Positions 62,483 through 64,000 of a DNA stretch of 64,000 nt are shown piece by piece (the first letter of the stretch is position 1; each line of letters begins with the position of its first letter). The notes below the pieces were generated by a model. The model was not told the origin of the DNA. It saw only the letters and a program-made list of their open reading frames with translations, and ran no database searches. The stretch is from Gammaproteobacteria bacterium (lineage in GTDB: Bacteria > Pseudomonadota > Gammaproteobacteria > JABABF01). A program made the position numbers and the translations under genes. The stretch lies in the NCBI GenBank assembly GCA_965237805.1, contig OZ250153.1, positions 96,001 to 160,000 on the forward strand. The letters are read 5' to 3'.

Positions 62483-63418
62483 ATGAAGTTTGCCACGTTG
62501 CGCCCGAGCTTAGTGACCGTGGCTTTGTCGATTGTGGCCGCGCTGCTCAGCGCTTGTCATAGCCCTGCCCTGCCGCCAGCCGATGCGCGCCAATTGCCCT
62601 TTGCCCTCGCCGCCAGCGGCGCTCGGCCAGAGCGTCTGTTGCCGTTGGCCAAAACCTACAATACGCGCGACTTGGGAGGCTATACCACGGTCGACGGGCG
62701 GCGCGTCAAATGGGGCCAACTGTATAGAGCCGATGCGCTGGATGGCTTAGATAGCGAAGATGTCGCCTATTTGGCGCGGCTCGGATTGCGTCGTGTGGTG
62801 GATTTCCGCTCCGAGCGGGAGCGAGAAGCCGCGCCCGACCGCCTGCCTGCAGGGGTGGAATATCAGCCGTACCCGATCACGCCGCGTCGCGATGAGGGCT
62901 CGGCCAGCTATCGACTATTTCGCAATCCCGAGCAGCTCAGCGCCGCCGCCGCCGTCGAATTGGTGCGCGAGGGCAACCGGCAGCTGGTGCGCGTCCACAC
63001 GCCGCTGTACCGTGAGTGGTTGCGTCAGTTGGCCAGCGAGGATTCCGCTTCCCCGCAGCTGTTCCACTGCACCGCTGGCAAGGACCGCACCGGCTTCGCC
63101 GCCGCCATCCTGCTGGCCGCGCTCGGTGTGCCACGCGAGCAAATCATCGCCGATTATCTATTGAGCGCGGGCTTTGCCGGGAACGAGGAGCGGCGCCAGC
63201 GCATCATCCGGCAGTTCTCGATGGAGCGTATCAGCGCCGAGGCGCTGCGTCCGCTGATGACGGTGGATGCGAGTTATCTGCAGGCAGCCTTCGAGGAAGC
63301 AGAGCGGAGCCATGGCTCTTTCGATGCCTATTTGGCCGCGGGTCTGGGTGTCGACGCGAGCCTTCGCAGCCAGCTGCGGGCGCGTTTTCTCGAGCCCGTC
63401 CCGCCAGCTGGCAGCTGA
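62483..63418 (+). CDS. Lipoprotein tyrosine/lipid phosphatase (MptpB/LipA/IphP type), copy 2
   Basis: Lipobox LSAC, NTRDLGGY, HCTAGKDRTG; tandem paralog of copy 1. Confidence 0.92.
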   Translation: MKFATLRPSLVTVALSIVAALLSACHSPALPPADARQLPFALAASGARPERLLPLAKTYNTRDLGGYTTVDGRRVKWGQLYRADALDGLDSEDVAYLARLGLRRVVDFRSEREREAAPDRLPAGVEYQPYPITPRRDEGSASYRLFRNPEQLSAAAAVELVREGNRQLVRVHTPLYREWLRQLASEDSASPQLFHCTAGKDRTGFAAAILLAALGVPREQIIADYLLSAGFAGNEERRQRIIRQFSMERISAEALRPLMTVDASYLQAAFEEAERSHGSFDAYLAAGLGVDASLRSQLRARFLEPVPPAGS

Positions 63419-63547
63419 GTCAGACCGGGCTACCGGATTTGGCCGGCAGTGCTAAACTGAGAGCCGAGGCTGTTTTGAGGCTGTTAACCGAGTGTTGGCA
63501 GCTTTTCTTCAGCTTTTTCCATACCCTCCGAGATCACTAGCTAGGCC

Positions 63548-64000
63548 ATGAATAGCAACGCCCAAGACAACCGCATTTCTGCCATCGAGGCGCTGCCAGA
63601 GGCAGCGGTCTCCACTTGGGACATCGAGACCGATGTCATCGTTGTCGGCTTTGGTTCTGCCGGTGCCTGCGCCGCCATCGAGGCCAGCGACCAAGGTGTC
63701 GATGTGGCGCTGTTCGAAGTAGCCAGCGGCAGCGGTGGCACTTCGGCGCTGTCCAGCTCTGAGATCTATATGGGCGGCAATGGCGGCACCCCGGCACAGC
63801 GCGCAAATGGCTTCGAGGACAGCACCGAGGCGATGCGCGACTACCTGATGATGGCCAGTGGCCCCAACGCCGATGCCGACAAGGTCTCGCTCTACGCCGA
63901 GCAGAGCTTGGAGCATTACGCTTGGTTGACGGCACAGGGGATGGAGTTCAATACCACTTTTATCGCCGAAAAGACCATCATTCCCCTGACAGACGACTGC
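63548..64000 (+). CDS. FAD-dependent oxidoreductase, 3-ketosteroid delta4-(5alpha)-dehydrogenase-like (3' truncated; absent from the ORF track)
   Basis: Manual translation MNSNAQ...WDIETDVIVVGFGSAGACAAIEA...GGTSALS..EIYMGGNGGTPAQRANGFEDSTEAMRDYL; FAD_binding_2 fingerprint. Confidence 0.8.
   Translation, partial: MNSNAQDNRISAIEALPEAAVSTWDIETDVIVVGFGSAGACAAIEASDQGVDVALFEVASGSGGTSALSSSEIYMGGNGGTPAQRANGFEDSTEAMRDYLMMASGPNADADKVSLYAEQSLEHYAWLTAQGMEFNTTFIAEKTIIPLTDDC

Noticed and set aside
63481-63501. Imperfect palindrome CTGTTAAC-CGAGT-GTTGGCAG upstream of the flavoprotein gene as a TetR operator or terminator
   Set aside because: Mismatched, single instance and no regulator in the window; insufficient support.

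Overview
GC-rich (roughly 60-65% by eye), very compact gammaproteobacterial chromosome segment that contains the replication terminus. A dif site lies at 47922-47949, and FtsK-orienting KOPS motifs converge on it from both sides. Most content is core housekeeping: lolE-comEC-msbA-lpxK-kdsB-murB; alkB-like-uvrC-pgsA-tRNAs; xth, yajC, alr, cysH, thrH; a propionyl-CoA carboxylase/methylmalonyl-CoA operon; purB-hflD-mnmA, icd, clpSA, infA, trxB; ftsK-lolA-rarA-(fluC pseudogene)-serS-cysG-gor; prc, nhaB, dnaQ-rnhA, gloB-mltD. The window ends with an M3 peptidase/Opp/tyrosine-phosphatase cluster and a truncated ketosteroid-dehydrogenase-like gene. The most notable observations are: (1) a 245-nt group IC3 intron in the anticodon of tRNA-Leu(UAA); (2) dif overlapping the likely start codon and promoter of prc; (3) short (about 50-90 bp) AT-rich, synonymously recoded islands recurring inside conserved genes; (4) a roughly 150-aa predicted coiled-coil insertion inside the MltD catalytic domain; (5) tandem lipoprotein MptpB/LipA-type phosphatases. 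Gene losses from conserved clusters and eroded motifs suggest a streamlined, possibly host-associated lineage (inference). All calls come from reading the sequence; no database searches were run.
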